Assembly (NCBI GenBank): GCA_028865615.1
Contig: JAGWJT010000002.1
Span: forward strand, 1-45,672
DNA length: 45,672 bases
Direction of reading: 5' to 3'
Source: Patescibacteria group bacterium
Lineage (GTDB): Bacteria; Patescibacteriota; Minisyncoccia; Phycocordibacterales; PALSA-1337
This document shows positions 32,384 through 41,273 of this stretch, one piece after another. Below the pieces are notes generated by a model that ran no database searches, had not been told where the DNA came from, and saw nothing but the letters and a program-made list of their open reading frames with translations. A program made the position numbers and the translations under genes. How positions within the stretch are numbered: position 1 is the first letter of the stretch; the number at the start of each line of letters is the position of its first letter.

Positions 32384-32818
32384 ATGGGAAAGAATCGACT
32401 AGTCACAAACGAGAATGGAACACAGGGATCGGAAGCCAAGCCGAAGGCGGCCGCTTCTTCTAGCAAGAAGCGCATCGAGTCCGGCATACTGCATGTCCAA
32501 TCAACATACAACAACACCAAGCTCACTCTCACGGACACATCGGGCAATGCTCTCATGTGGGGAACCAGCGGCGGCGCCGGATTCAAAGGCGCCAAGAAGG
32601 GCACTCCATTCGCGGCGGCCAAAGTCGGCGAAACCCTCGGAACGAAGGCCCAAACCTTGGGCATGAAAGAGATAGCAGTGGTGGTAAAAGGCGTCGGATC
32701 CGGCCGAGAATCCGCCATAAGAGGCTTCATAAGCAAGGGTTTCAACATCACGGCTATCAAGGATGAAACACCTATACCTTTCAACGGCCCCAAACCCAAG
32801 AAGCCTCGCCGCGTATAA
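32384..32818 (+). CDS. rpsK: 30S ribosomal protein S11
   Basis: GILHVQSTYNNTKLTLTDTSGN...GFKGAKKGTPFAA. Confidence 0.93.
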   Translation: MGKNRLVTNENGTQGSEAKPKAAASSSKKRIESGILHVQSTYNNTKLTLTDTSGNALMWGTSGGAGFKGAKKGTPFAAAKVGETLGTKAQTLGMKEIAVVVKGVGSGRESAIRGFISKGFNITAIKDETPIPFNGPKPKKPRRV

Positions 32819-32858
32819 GCTTTATATATCTTATCTATTTTAAAAACCATCGACTAAC

Positions 32859-33464
32859 ATGCAAATCGGTCCAAGATACAAAAAAGCCAGATACTTGGGA
32901 ATCCCTGTATTCCGCAAGACCCAGACCCAGAAGTACGCCTTGCGCGCCGAGCGCAAAACCAAGAAAGGCCGGGGCAGGGGAGGCAAGAGCGAGTTCGGAC
33001 GCCAGATGCTGGAGAAGCAGAAGGCCAGATACAGCTATGGCGTATCCGCCGGCCAATTTGCCAATTATGTCAAAGCCGCCCTGCGCATGTCCGGCGACAA
33101 TGCCAAGAATCTCCTGGGATTGTTAGAGGGCAGGCTAGACAACGTCATCGTCAGAGCCGGTTTCGCTCCGACCAGATCGGCGAGCAGACAGATGGTCTCT
33201 CACGGCCATATCTTGGTCAACGGCGACATAGTCAATATCCCTTCATATCAGGTCAGGATAGGCGACAAGCTTTCCATACGCGAAGGCAGCCGGAACAAGG
33301 GCCTTTGGACCAAGCTCGACGAAGAGATCAAGAGCGTCAAGACGGCGCCGTGGATCAAAGTAGACATCGACAAGAAGGAGATAGTCATAGCCGGCGAGCC
33401 GGCCGCGGATAGCGACGATCTTCTTTTCGACATAGGTTCAGTGCTGGAGTTCTATACACGCTAG
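32859..33464 (+). CDS. rpsD: 30S ribosomal protein S4
   Basis: The S4 domain RLDNVIVRAGFAPTRSASRQMVSHGHILVNG. Confidence 0.93.
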   Translation: MQIGPRYKKARYLGIPVFRKTQTQKYALRAERKTKKGRGRGGKSEFGRQMLEKQKARYSYGVSAGQFANYVKAALRMSGDNAKNLLGLLEGRLDNVIVRAGFAPTRSASRQMVSHGHILVNGDIVNIPSYQVRIGDKLSIREGSRNKGLWTKLDEEIKSVKTAPWIKVDIDKKEIVIAGEPAADSDDLLFDIGSVLEFYTR

Positions 33465-33511
33465 ACAAAATCGATTTTTGATATATTATTATACATTCAT
33501 TTCATAATCAC

Positions 33512-34489
33512 ATGTCCCACGACATCATCCTTCCCACAAAACCAAAGATAGTCAAAGAAGACGCTATGAGCGGAGTATATGAGATAGACGGCCTTTATCC
33601 CGGTTATGGCCATACTTTGGGCAATTCCTTGCGCCGCATAGTTCTGTCATCGCTCCCCGGCGCGGCAGTTACAAAGGTCAAGATCGCCGGAGCAGAGCAT
33701 GAATTTTCGGCCTTGAAAGGCGTCAAAGAAGACGTTATCGCTATCATCCTCAATCTCAAGAAGCTTCGTATCCGTCTCTCGGGCGATGAGTCGCAGGTTC
33801 TCACCCTCAAAGTCAAGGGCGCAAAAGACGTGTCCGCCAAAGACATAGACGCGCCTAGTCAAGCGGAGATCCTCAATCCGGACTTGCACATAGCTAGTCT
33901 GTCCGACAAATCAGCCGAGCTGGATATGGAGATCACGGTAGAAAAAGGCCTTGGCTACATACCGAAAGAGCTTTTGCAGAAGGAGCGCGTAGAGATAGGA
34001 GCCATCACTCTTGATGCCGCTTTTACGCCTATCAGAAAGGCCAATTACGAAGTGGAGAACATGCGAGTCGGCGACAGGACGGATTTCAACAGGCTGCGCA
34101 TGTCTATAGAGACCGACGGTACGATCACCCCTCGCGAAGCTCTCGAAAAGTCTATCGCTCTCATGATCCAGCAATTGAAAGCCATAGTGGGCTTTGTGGA
34201 AGAAGAACCCGTTCAGGAGGCGGCAGAAGAAACCGGTGACGCCGATGCGGTCGCGGCAGATGACAAACCGGCAAAGGAAGTGGACGCGGAGCTATTGAAG
34301 ACCAGGGTAGATGACTTGACTCTGTCTTCCAGGACTATCAAGGCTCTTACGAACGCCAACGTAAGGACTTTGGGCGGTCTAGCCAGGAAGAAGGAGTCCG
34401 ACATCATGGACATAGACGGCCTCGGCGCCAAAGGCATACAGGAGATCAAGAAATTATTGGCCCAACACGGTATTACCTTGAAACAGTAA
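33512..34489 (+). CDS. rpoA: DNA-directed RNA polymerase subunit alpha
   Basis: NTD GYGHTLGNSLRRIVLSSLPGAA and CTD LSSRTIKALTNANVRTLGGL. Confidence 0.93.
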   Translation: MSHDIILPTKPKIVKEDAMSGVYEIDGLYPGYGHTLGNSLRRIVLSSLPGAAVTKVKIAGAEHEFSALKGVKEDVIAIILNLKKLRIRLSGDESQVLTLKVKGAKDVSAKDIDAPSQAEILNPDLHIASLSDKSAELDMEITVEKGLGYIPKELLQKERVEIGAITLDAAFTPIRKANYEVENMRVGDRTDFNRLRMSIETDGTITPREALEKSIALMIQQLKAIVGFVEEEPVQEAAEETGDADAVAADDKPAKEVDAELLKTRVDDLTLSSRTIKALTNANVRTLGGLARKKESDIMDIDGLGAKGIQEIKKLLAQHGITLKQ

Positions 34490-34490
34490 A

Positions 34491-34841
34491 ATGAGACATC
34501 ATTCGAACGTCAGAAAATTCGGAAGAGAAAAGAACCAGAGGAACGCTCTCTTGCGCTCTTTGGTGCGCAATCTCATCCGCGATGGCAGGATCAAGACTAC
34601 CGCAGCCAAAGCCAAGGAACTTCGGCCTATGATAGAGAAGCTGGTCACAAAAGCCCGGTCGGCTTCGGTGAGCAGCCGCAGGATCATCGATTCGCGCATC
34701 ATGGGAGCGGATATGACCAAGAAGCTCGTCGACGAGATAGCCCCGAAGTACAAGACCCGAACCGGCGGTTACACCCGCATAGTCAAATTGCCGCGCCGCG
34801 ATCTGGACGGAGCCTTTATGGCTTTGATAGAGTTCGTCTGA
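34491..34841 (+). CDS. rplQ: 50S ribosomal protein L17
   Basis: MRHHSNVRKFGREKNQRNALLRSL. Confidence 0.92.
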   Translation: MRHHSNVRKFGREKNQRNALLRSLVRNLIRDGRIKTTAAKAKELRPMIEKLVTKARSASVSSRRIIDSRIMGADMTKKLVDEIAPKYKTRTGGYTRIVKLPRRDLDGAFMALIEFV

Positions 34842-34875
34842 TTCGTAGCATTCGGATATATTTGTAGATTCAAAT
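34841..34875 (+). repeat. two ATTCG-type motif units upstream of rplM
   Basis: ATTCGTAGCATTCGGAT and ATTTGTAGATTCAAAT. TAATAT follows, 6 nt before the rplM ATG. Confidence 0.7.
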
Positions 34876-34886
34876 AATATACATTT

Positions 34887-35231
34887 ATGAAATACACAAT
34901 AGACGCACAAGGAAAGAAGATAGGCAGAGTGGCCAGTCGGGCCGCGGCAGCCCTCATGGGCAAAAACTCCGTCTCCTTCGCAAAAAACAAAGTGGCGGAC
35001 GGACAAGTGGAGATCCTCAACGCTTCAAAGGCCGACCTTACCGCCAAGAAAAAGACCGACACCATCCATGTGACTTACACCGGCCACAGAGGCGGCATCA
35101 ACAGGGAGAGCCTGGGGAGGCTGATCGACAGAGCCGGAGCGGCCGAGGCTTTCCGCCGAGCCGTCCGCAGGATGATCCCCAACAACAAGTTGCGCGATGG
35201 GCGCATGAAGAATCTGATTATCAAAGAATAG
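34887..35231 (+). CDS. rplM: 50S ribosomal protein L13 (short)
   Basis: IDAQGKKIGRVASRAAAALMGK...MIPNNKL. Confidence 0.88.
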   Translation: MKYTIDAQGKKIGRVASRAAAALMGKNSVSFAKNKVADGQVEILNASKADLTAKKKTDTIHVTYTGHRGGINRESLGRLIDRAGAAEAFRRAVRRMIPNNKLRDGRMKNLIIKE

Positions 35232-35273
35232 AATCTGGATTCACGATACATGATTCAAGAATGAACACAAAAA

Positions 35274-35308
35274 TCTTGAATCTTGAATCTTGAATCTTGA
35301 ATCTTGAA
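35274..35308 (+). repeat. tandem heptamer (TCTTGAA) x5
   Basis: Five perfect head-to-tail copies end 4 nt before the rpsI ATG. An inverted copy (TTCAAGA) lies 20 nt upstream. Confidence 0.9.
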
Positions 35309-35312
35309 TCAA

Positions 35313-35723
35313 ATGACACCAACCACAAGTAAACAGAAATATTATGAAGCCGTCGGCCGCCGCAAGACCGCCGTGGCCCGCGTCAGGCTTTTCCCGGCCA
35401 AGGACATGAAGTACGAAGTGAACGGCAAGGAGCTCGCGGCTTATTTTCCCGTAGCGGAGCTACAGGCTATAGCCATAGAATCCATCGCAACGAGCAAGCC
35501 GGCCGAAAAATTCATGGTATCCGTGAAAGTCTCCGGCAGCGGCATATCTTCGCAGGCCGAGGCCATACGCCACGGCATCGCCCGCGCCTTGATCGTCTAT
35601 GATGCGGAACTCCGCGGCAAACTCAAGAAAGCCGGCCACCTCAAGCGCGACGCTCGCGCCAAAGAGCGACGCAAGTTCGGCCTCAAGAAAGCCCGCAAGA
35701 GCCCTCAGTGGTCGAAGCGCTAG
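35313..35723 (+). CDS. rpsI: 30S ribosomal protein S9
   Basis: YYEAVGRRKTAVARVRL...ERRKFGLKKARKSPQWSKR. I used ATG 35313 rather than the TTG at 35304. Confidence 0.92.
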   Translation: MTPTTSKQKYYEAVGRRKTAVARVRLFPAKDMKYEVNGKELAAYFPVAELQAIAIESIATSKPAEKFMVSVKVSGSGISSQAEAIRHGIARALIVYDAELRGKLKKAGHLKRDARAKERRKFGLKKARKSPQWSKR

Positions 35724-35773
35724 CAGGCCAGCATATTCCGATCCGGTTTTGTCTCGTCTTCAGATGTTCACAG

Positions 35774-35793
35774 GCCCCCTTGCGGGGGCTTTT
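35774..35793 (+). terminator. intrinsic terminator after rpsI
   Basis: GCCCCC-TTGC-GGGGGC followed by TTTT. Confidence 0.75.
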
Positions 35794-35829
35794 CGGTTGT
35801 ATTAGCATTTATCCTGAAAGGATCAAAAC

Positions 35830-35985
35830 ATGAACTTTGCAAATTCTGTGCCGGACTCGACTTTCAATGTCGATTCTGGCTTGCTGATCATGGCGGTCAT
35901 AGCCGCCGCAATTATAGTGGCCTGGTTTTTCAGGCCTTACTTCAAGAACAAAGCCGGAAAACGCCAGGAAGGGAGGCCGGTATGA
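35830..35985 (+). CDS. 51-aa single-pass membrane peptide
   Basis: Translated by hand: MNFANSVPDSTFNVDSGLLIMAVIAAAIIVAWFFRPYFKNKAGKRQEGRPV. AAAGGA lies 7 nt upstream. Its stop overlaps the next ATG (ATGA). Confidence 0.5.
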   Translation: MNFANSVPDSTFNVDSGLLIMAVIAAAIIVAWFFRPYFKNKAGKRQEGRPV

Positions 35986-36383
35986 ATCCTATACCAATGG
36001 ATTTGAACCACGGGATAATCATCGGCATTCTGTCAGCCGGCTCGTTGACCGTGATGTATCTAGCCTTCTATCCATTCGTTTGGCCGCGTATACAGTATGT
36101 GATGGACAGGCGAGCGCATAAATTGGAAGTCCGAATGGGCCATCTATATCACCACGTGGCAATGATCTGCGATCCGAACGGTTGTCGGTTAGCTATGCAA
36201 CATTGGGAGATGGCACGATGGATCGTCGTGATCGAGGGCGAAGACAAACTGCTCAAAGCCGGCTTCCACGGTGGCATCGAACGATTGAAACGTGAAGCCG
36301 TAAGATCCGAACGGCGTTATTACACAAAACAACGCCAGATGAGGAAACTCCTTCGGCGGGATTTGGCTCAGATCAACGACTGA
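35982..36383 (+). CDS. hypothetical membrane protein
   Basis: 133 aa with an N-terminal TM helix. GGGAGG lies 5 nt upstream. It is translationally coupled to the preceding mini-ORF. Confidence 0.6.
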   Translation: MNPIPMDLNHGIIIGILSAGSLTVMYLAFYPFVWPRIQYVMDRRAHKLEVRMGHLYHHVAMICDPNGCRLAMQHWEMARWIVVIEGEDKLLKAGFHGGIERLKREAVRSERRYYTKQRQMRKLLRRDLAQIND

Positions 36384-36423
36384 TCAAAAGAAAAGCCGAG
36401 CAAATCGGGTCATGAGTGTCTCC

Positions 36424-36456
36424 AAGCCGCGTCATTCGTGCGCGGCTTTTTGTTTT
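36424..36456 (+). terminator. intrinsic terminator
   Basis: AAGCCGCG...CGCGGCTT stem followed by TTTGTTTT. Confidence 0.65.
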
Positions 36457-36490
36457 GCAAAACGGCATTTTTCATATATAATCCCAACAT

Positions 36491-37069
36491 ATGTTCAAGA
36501 ATGACGAAGAACGCCATGACGGCGAGCCGGAGATCGTAACCGACGATATCGACGACACTGTCGTATCGGAAGAGGACGCCGCGGACACGATCAAAAGGCT
36601 CCGCAAAAAGCTCAAGAAGGCCGTAGAAGAGAAGCAGGGATACCTGACAGGCTGGCAGCGCGCCAAAGCGGACCTGGTGAACGCCAGGAAGCGCGACGAG
36701 GCTGACAAGGCTGAGTTCATCAAATACGCCAATGAGCGTTTGATAGATGGCCTCATCCCTGTCTTGGACAGCTTCGAGATGGCCATGGGCAACAAAGATG
36801 CCTGGGAAAAGGCGGACAAGAATTGGCGCATGGGCGTTGAATATATTTACAATCAGCTCAAGAGGGCCCTGAATGACGCAGGTCTGGAAGAGATAGACCC
36901 TACAGGCCAGAAGTTCGATCCTGCCCGCGACGAAGCGGCAGAGCATGTGCCCGTGGATTCGGAGGACAAAGACCACATCATCATATCGGTAGTGACCAAG
37001 GGTTATACCCTGAATGGAAAGCCGATGAGGCCGCCGAAGGTGAGAGTAGGTGAGTTTAAGAAGGCATAA
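36491..37069 (+). CDS. grpE: nucleotide exchange factor GrpE
   Basis: Coiled-coil N-terminus, DSFEMA, and the C-terminal beta domain VTKGYTLNGKPMRPPKVRV. TTGCAA-16-TATAAT lies 8 nt upstream of the ATG. Confidence 0.9.
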   Translation: MFKNDEERHDGEPEIVTDDIDDTVVSEEDAADTIKRLRKKLKKAVEEKQGYLTGWQRAKADLVNARKRDEADKAEFIKYANERLIDGLIPVLDSFEMAMGNKDAWEKADKNWRMGVEYIYNQLKRALNDAGLEEIDPTGQKFDPARDEAAEHVPVDSEDKDHIIISVVTKGYTLNGKPMRPPKVRVGEFKKA

Positions 37070-37082
37070 AAAGCCGCAAGCC

Positions 37083-37111
37083 TTGAAATCCCGCACCTTT
37101 CGGGTTAAAAT
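37083..37111 (+). promoter_or_regulatory. sigma-70-like promoter
   Basis: TTGAAA (37083-37088), 17-nt spacer, TAAAAT (37106-37111). Confidence 0.5.
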
Positions 37112-37126
37112 GCGCGTATAAAAACC

Positions 37127-37453
37127 ATGCTAGCGCCTTATAGACCACAATTCGTAGAGAAGATCCTTACGGACGCTTTGGGCCGTCAATACAAGGTCGT
37201 ATTCGCCATCTCCTACACCCCGGAAGGCTCAGCCCGCGGCCGCATCGTATCTGTCCAGCCGGTCCTGTCGCTTAGCGGCAACGCCATAACCAATAATGCC
37301 TCTGCCTCCGCTAATCTCTGCCTGCCTTGCACGCTTTCAGATAAAGGCATTCTCACGCCGTATCTTTCTCTTTTCATCTCCACGGTCTCGCCGTATTTCT
37401 CCACGGAATATCTCATAACCAGCCAACCTACGCGCGCTCCGTCCAAAAGATAG
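37127..37453 (+). CDS. doubtful hypothetical ORF (the region may instead be non-coding)
   Basis: 108 codons. The first ~45 residues look protein-like and the remainder is Ser/Leu/Thr-rich. A competing antisense ORF lies at 37213-37446. Confidence 0.25.
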   Translation: MLAPYRPQFVEKILTDALGRQYKVVFAISYTPEGSARGRIVSVQPVLSLSGNAITNNASASANLCLPCTLSDKGILTPYLSLFISTVSPYFSTEYLITSQPTRAPSKR

Positions 37454-37643
37454 AGGTGTGGCGCCTATGGCACACAATCTCATCATTTTCTGAAACTTAT
37501 TCCAATAAGGTTGCCTCCACAGAATGGCTCAAAATCGATGTTTTGGAAGACCAACCTTATCCCAATAAGATTCAGAAAGTTGTGAGTTGTGTATGTGTAC
37601 CGCCGCACCCTCTATGCACCCATGCGATGGTAAGAGAAAGATC

Positions 37644-37856
37644 ATGCACATCAAAATCAAAGTCAAAACGAGTTCGCGGACGGAGAAAGTAGAAAAGAGA
37701 GGCAAGGACGCCTTCACGGTATCGGTGCGTGAGCCAGCCGAGAGGGGAGAGGCCAACGACAGAGTCATCCGGCTATTGAGACGCCGATTCCCCGGCCGCT
37801 CCGTCAAGCTCGTCTCCGGACATCACAAGAGCTCCAAGATAGCGGAAGTCAGTTAG
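37644..37856 (+). CDS. DUF167 (YggU-like) protein
   Basis: MHIKIKVKTSSRTEKVEK...VSVREPAERGEANDRVIRLL...VKLVSGHHKSSKI matches the YggU pattern. Confidence 0.7.
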   Translation: MHIKIKVKTSSRTEKVEKRGKDAFTVSVREPAERGEANDRVIRLLRRRFPGRSVKLVSGHHKSSKIAEVS

Positions 37857-37878
37857 GTTCATTGAAATGGTCAGGAAT

Positions 37879-37904
37879 GAAAAAGCGGCAAAAGAATTCG
37901 CCGC
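37879..37904 (-). terminator. intrinsic terminator for minus-strand ORF 37989-38372
   Basis: The minus strand reads GCGGC-GAATTCTTTT-GCCGC followed by TTTTT. Confidence 0.55.
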
Positions 37905-37988
37905 CAGCATTGCTGCGGGCGGCGGGGAAATCTTGAGTGATGTTTGTATTGTTTGAGGTAATCACTTCACTACCTTCTATGGAGACAA

Positions 37989-38372
37989 CTAGGTGTTGAT
38001 GCTATAAGCTTCAAACCTTTTGGCGTCCATGGATTCCGCTAGCACATTCGAAGAATGGACTAGTTGGTTAATCCTCGCAATACTTTCACCTGAAAGTATC
38101 ATCCCGCTTTTCGGACCGTCCTCTTTCTTGGACACAAACGTGACCAAGAAAAGTCCTTCGTCCGATGGGCTAACCTTGACTGCACCGTGTTCAGTTTCGT
38201 GTTCGATTGGTTGGCCGCCGCGTGAATAGCAAGAGATCCACGCACAGAACATGAGATGTATTGCCTTTGCCGATACTATCTCGTATCTGTTCTGATTCCA
38301 GAGAATAACGATGACATCATCATTATTTTTGGGATTCTTGATCTTGCTAATACGGATTGGAGTTTCTTTCAT
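37989..38372 (-). CDS. hypothetical protein
   Basis: 127 codons, lower GC than its neighbours, with its own terminator. No motif recognised. Confidence 0.5.
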   Translation of the reverse strand: MKETPIRISKIKNPKNNDDVIVILWNQNRYEIVSAKAIHLMFCAWISCYSRGGQPIEHETEHGAVKVSPSDEGLFLVTFVSKKEDGPKSGMILSGESIARINQLVHSSNVLAESMDAKRFEAYSINT

Positions 38373-38567
38373 AATCTTATCATTCAGTTGATTGTTGAAT
38401 TGTTCACTACAGTATTGGACTCTTAGTCATTAAGGGCCCAATTGCTGGAGTGAACAGGTAGTGATTACCTTGTAAAAGAACTCATCCTGACTGGCTCAAT
38501 TATAGCACTTCCTGACTTGACTGTCAAGCTAAATCGTGATGTTATCAGAATATGCCTTAACAAAGCC

Positions 38568-38607
38568 ATTCGTAGCATTCGCATTGTACCTATTCGTAGA
38601 TTCGTAT
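38568..38607 (+). repeat. two ATTCG-type motif units upstream of dnaK
   Basis: ATTCGTAGCATTCGCAT (38568-38584) and ATTCGTAGATTCGTAT (38592-38607). Confidence 0.75.
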
Positions 38608-38637
38608 TAATTACCCAATAAACTTAATCAAACAATC

Positions 38638-40569
38638 ATGAGTAAAATCATAGGAATAGACCTGGGCACGACTTTCTCGGCGGTGGCCGTCATGGAAGCG
38701 GGAACGCCCAAAGTATTGGAGAACGCGGAGGGAGCGAGGACGACTCCTTCCATAGTTGCGCAGTCGAAGACGGGCGAGCGCCTGGTGGGGCTCCTGGCAA
38801 AGCGCCAGGCGGTGACGAACCCAAAGAACACCGTCTTCCAGATAAAGCGCTTCATGGGCCATAACTTCGACGACCCGGGAGTGCAGAAAGATATAAAGAA
38901 CGTGCCATTCGAGACCCGGAAGGCCGCTAACGGCGGTATAGAGGTCAAGCTTGGAGATAAATGGTTGAGGCCTGAAGAGGTCAGCGCCATGATACTGCAA
39001 AAGCTCAAGAATGACGCCGAGTCGCGCCTTGGCGAGAAGATAACGGAGGCCGTTATCACCGTGCCTGCTTACTTCAACGACTCGCAGAGAGCGGCTACCA
39101 AAGACGCCGGACAGATCGCGGGCCTCGACGTCAAAAGGATAATCAACGAGCCTACAGCCGCGGCCCTTGCCTACGGCTTCAACAAGAAGAAAGACGAGAA
39201 GATAGCCGTATTCGACTTCGGCGGCGGTACATTCGATATCAGTGTGCTCGAAGTCGGCGATGACGTCATAGAGGTCAAGTCCACCGACGGCGACAGTCAC
39301 CTGGGCGGTCGCGATATAGATGCCAAGATAGTCAATTGGCTGGCTGATACATTCATGAAAGAGAACGGCGTGGACCTGAAGAAGGATCCATTGGCATTGC
39401 AAAGGCTCGATGAAGCCGCAGAGAAGGCAAAGATAGAGCTCTCAACCGCCATGCAGACGGAGATAAACATACCGTTCATAACCAGCGGCGCGGACGGGCC
39501 GAAGCACTTGCTCGTACAGCTCACCCGTGCCCAGCTCGAGCAATTGACGAAAGAATTCGTGGATCGCGCCATGATGATAACCAAGCGCGCTATGGACGCC
39601 TCACCATTCAAGGTAGGCGACTTGAACGAAGTCATCCTTGTCGGCGGGCAGACCCGCATGCCGGCATTGCAAGCGGCGGTCAAGGCCTATTTCGGCAAGG
39701 AGCCTAACATGAGCGTCAATCCAGACGAGGTTGTGGCCGTGGGCGCGGCTATCCAAGGAGGTATCCTTGGAGGAGACGTGAAGGATGTGTTGCTCCTCGA
39801 TGTTATTCCTTTATCGCTCGGCATCGAAACTCTCGGCGGAGTAGCGACAAAGCTTATAGAGAAAAATACGACTGTGCCTACCAGCAGGTCCCAAGTATTC
39901 TCCACGGCGGCTGACAATCAGACAGAAGTGACCATACACATCACCCAGGGCGAGCGCCCTATGGCAAGCGACAACAAGTCTCTTGGCCGCTTCAACCTGG
40001 GCGGCATCGCTCCGGCTCCTCGCGGCATGCCCCAGATAGAGGTGACATTCGACATAGACGCCAACGGCATATTGAATGTGAGCGCCAAGGACAAGGCCAC
40101 GGGCAAGTCCAACTCCATCAAGATCACCGCGTCTAGCGGCTTGAGCAAGGAAGAGGTCGAGAAGATGAAAGCCGACGCCGCGGCCAACGAGGCCGCCGAC
40201 AAAGCCAAGTTCGAGGCCGTAGAGGCGCGCAATATCGCAGAACAGCTCATATTTACGACGGAGAAGGCCTTGAAAGACGCCGGCGACAAGGTCCCGGCCG
40301 AGCTTCGCAAGTCCATAGAAGACAAGACGGCCGACCTCAAGCGCGCCAAAGACAACGCCACGCCAGACGTAGCCGCTATCAAGAGCGCTACGCAGGCATT
40401 GTCGGATGAGATACAGAAGATAGGGCAGTATATGAATCAGCAGGCTGGCGGCAATCCGATCAACGACGCCATGAACAACATGAAGAAAAATCCCGGCGAT
40501 GCTGGCAACGGCGGCGACCAAGGCGGGGAAAGGAATGTGAAGGACGCGGAGTTCAAGGAGAAGAAGTAA
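38638..40569 (+). CDS. dnaK: molecular chaperone DnaK (Hsp70)
   Basis: [37 protein letters not shown], and an acidic C-terminus. Confidence 0.97.
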   Translation: MSKIIGIDLGTTFSAVAVMEAGTPKVLENAEGARTTPSIVAQSKTGERLVGLLAKRQAVTNPKNTVFQIKRFMGHNFDDPGVQKDIKNVPFETRKAANGGIEVKLGDKWLRPEEVSAMILQKLKNDAESRLGEKITEAVITVPAYFNDSQRAATKDAGQIAGLDVKRIINEPTAAALAYGFNKKKDEKIAVFDFGGGTFDISVLEVGDDVIEVKSTDGDSHLGGRDIDAKIVNWLADTFMKENGVDLKKDPLALQRLDEAAEKAKIELSTAMQTEINIPFITSGADGPKHLLVQLTRAQLEQLTKEFVDRAMMITKRAMDASPFKVGDLNEVILVGGQTRMPALQAAVKAYFGKEPNMSVNPDEVVAVGAAIQGGILGGDVKDVLLLDVIPLSLGIETLGGVATKLIEKNTTVPTSRSQVFSTAADNQTEVTIHITQGERPMASDNKSLGRFNLGGIAPAPRGMPQIEVTFDIDANGILNVSAKDKATGKSNSIKITASSGLSKEEVEKMKADAAANEAADKAKFEAVEARNIAEQLIFTTEKALKDAGDKVPAELRKSIEDKTADLKRAKDNATPDVAAIKSATQALSDEIQKIGQYMNQQAGGNPINDAMNNMKKNPGDAGNGGDQGGERNVKDAEFKEKK

Positions 40570-40616
40570 CGGTTAAAGTTCGGCTATCCGGCAGGGTGCG
40601 AGACATGCCACTACCA

Positions 40617-40684
40617 CCCGGGGTGTCGAAAAAACTTGGAATCCCTTATTTTCAGCCACATTCCAACTTTTTTCGACACCCCCG
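40617..40684. repeat. palindromic intergenic element, family 1, copy 2
   Basis: CCGGGGGTGTCGAAAAAACTTGGAATC...CATTCCAACTTTTTTCGACACCCCCGG. It is inverted relative to copy 1 at 11560-11624. Confidence 0.85.
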
Positions 40685-40795
40685 GATTTGATGAGATGTG
40701 TGAGATGTGTCTGTGTTTCCCTAACAAAAACAGCGCCGACTTGCGTCAGCGCCGTTGGGGAAACGACCGAGGGTCTTACGAAAGGATTTGGACAA

Positions 40796-41104
40796 TTAAG
40801 TCTGACGGAATCTTCTGACGCAGCCAGTGAAAACAGCCTCAGATATTGCACGTTTGTCTGGATCGGCAACCTCGATGCCTTGAGTGACGGTTTCGGCGTT
40901 TGGGCTTACCAAGACCACAATATCATTTGATTCAGCCGCTTGGTGAGCAAAATCCGAGGAATCAGTGATTACAATTGTCGCCGATTCGATTGAGCGTTTC
41001 CCGACTGATGCAAGGTAACGGTCAATACCGTCACTAACAGACCGAAGCACACCAGGAACAAACGTGCCAAAATGCATCTGTAAACTAACATGTTCATGAT
41101 TCAT
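40796..41104 (-). CDS. hypothetical protein
   Basis: 102 codons from ATG 41104, which has GAAAGGAAG 7-9 nt upstream. The track start at 41128 is a TTG. No motif recognised. Confidence 0.5.
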   Translation of the reverse strand: MNHEHVSLQMHFGTFVPGVLRSVSDGIDRYLASVGKRSIESATIVITDSSDFAHQAAESNDIVVLVSPNAETVTQGIEVADPDKRAISEAVFTGCVRRFRQT

Positions 41105-41273
41105 AGTATGGCTTCCTTTCAAAGCCAACGTTTACTCCAACGAACCTCTCGCACTCCGCCCATGCCGCGCGGCACGGAAGAAACGGCTTGCGAGGAACTG
41201 ATGGCAGTATAACACGAGAGGGTGGGTGGTGTCAAGTCGAAACTTGCGATATGTGCCGAAAAAAGCTACAATC

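Noticed and set aside
37127-37640. tmRNA, RNase P RNA or SRP RNA in the gene-poor stretch after grpE.
   Set aside because: There is no tRNA-like T-arm (GGTTCGA or its complement) and no tag ORF ending in a stop. There is no GAGGAAAGTCC P4 motif. The SRP helix-8 consensus (GGAAGCAGC side) is matched only loosely. This cannot be excluded without a covariance-model search.
38490-38530. CIRCE (HrcA operator) upstream of dnaK.
   Set aside because: Only a half-site-like TATAGCACTT is present. The required inverted partner GAGTGCTAA 9 nt downstream is missing, and nothing similar lies upstream of grpE or dnaJ.
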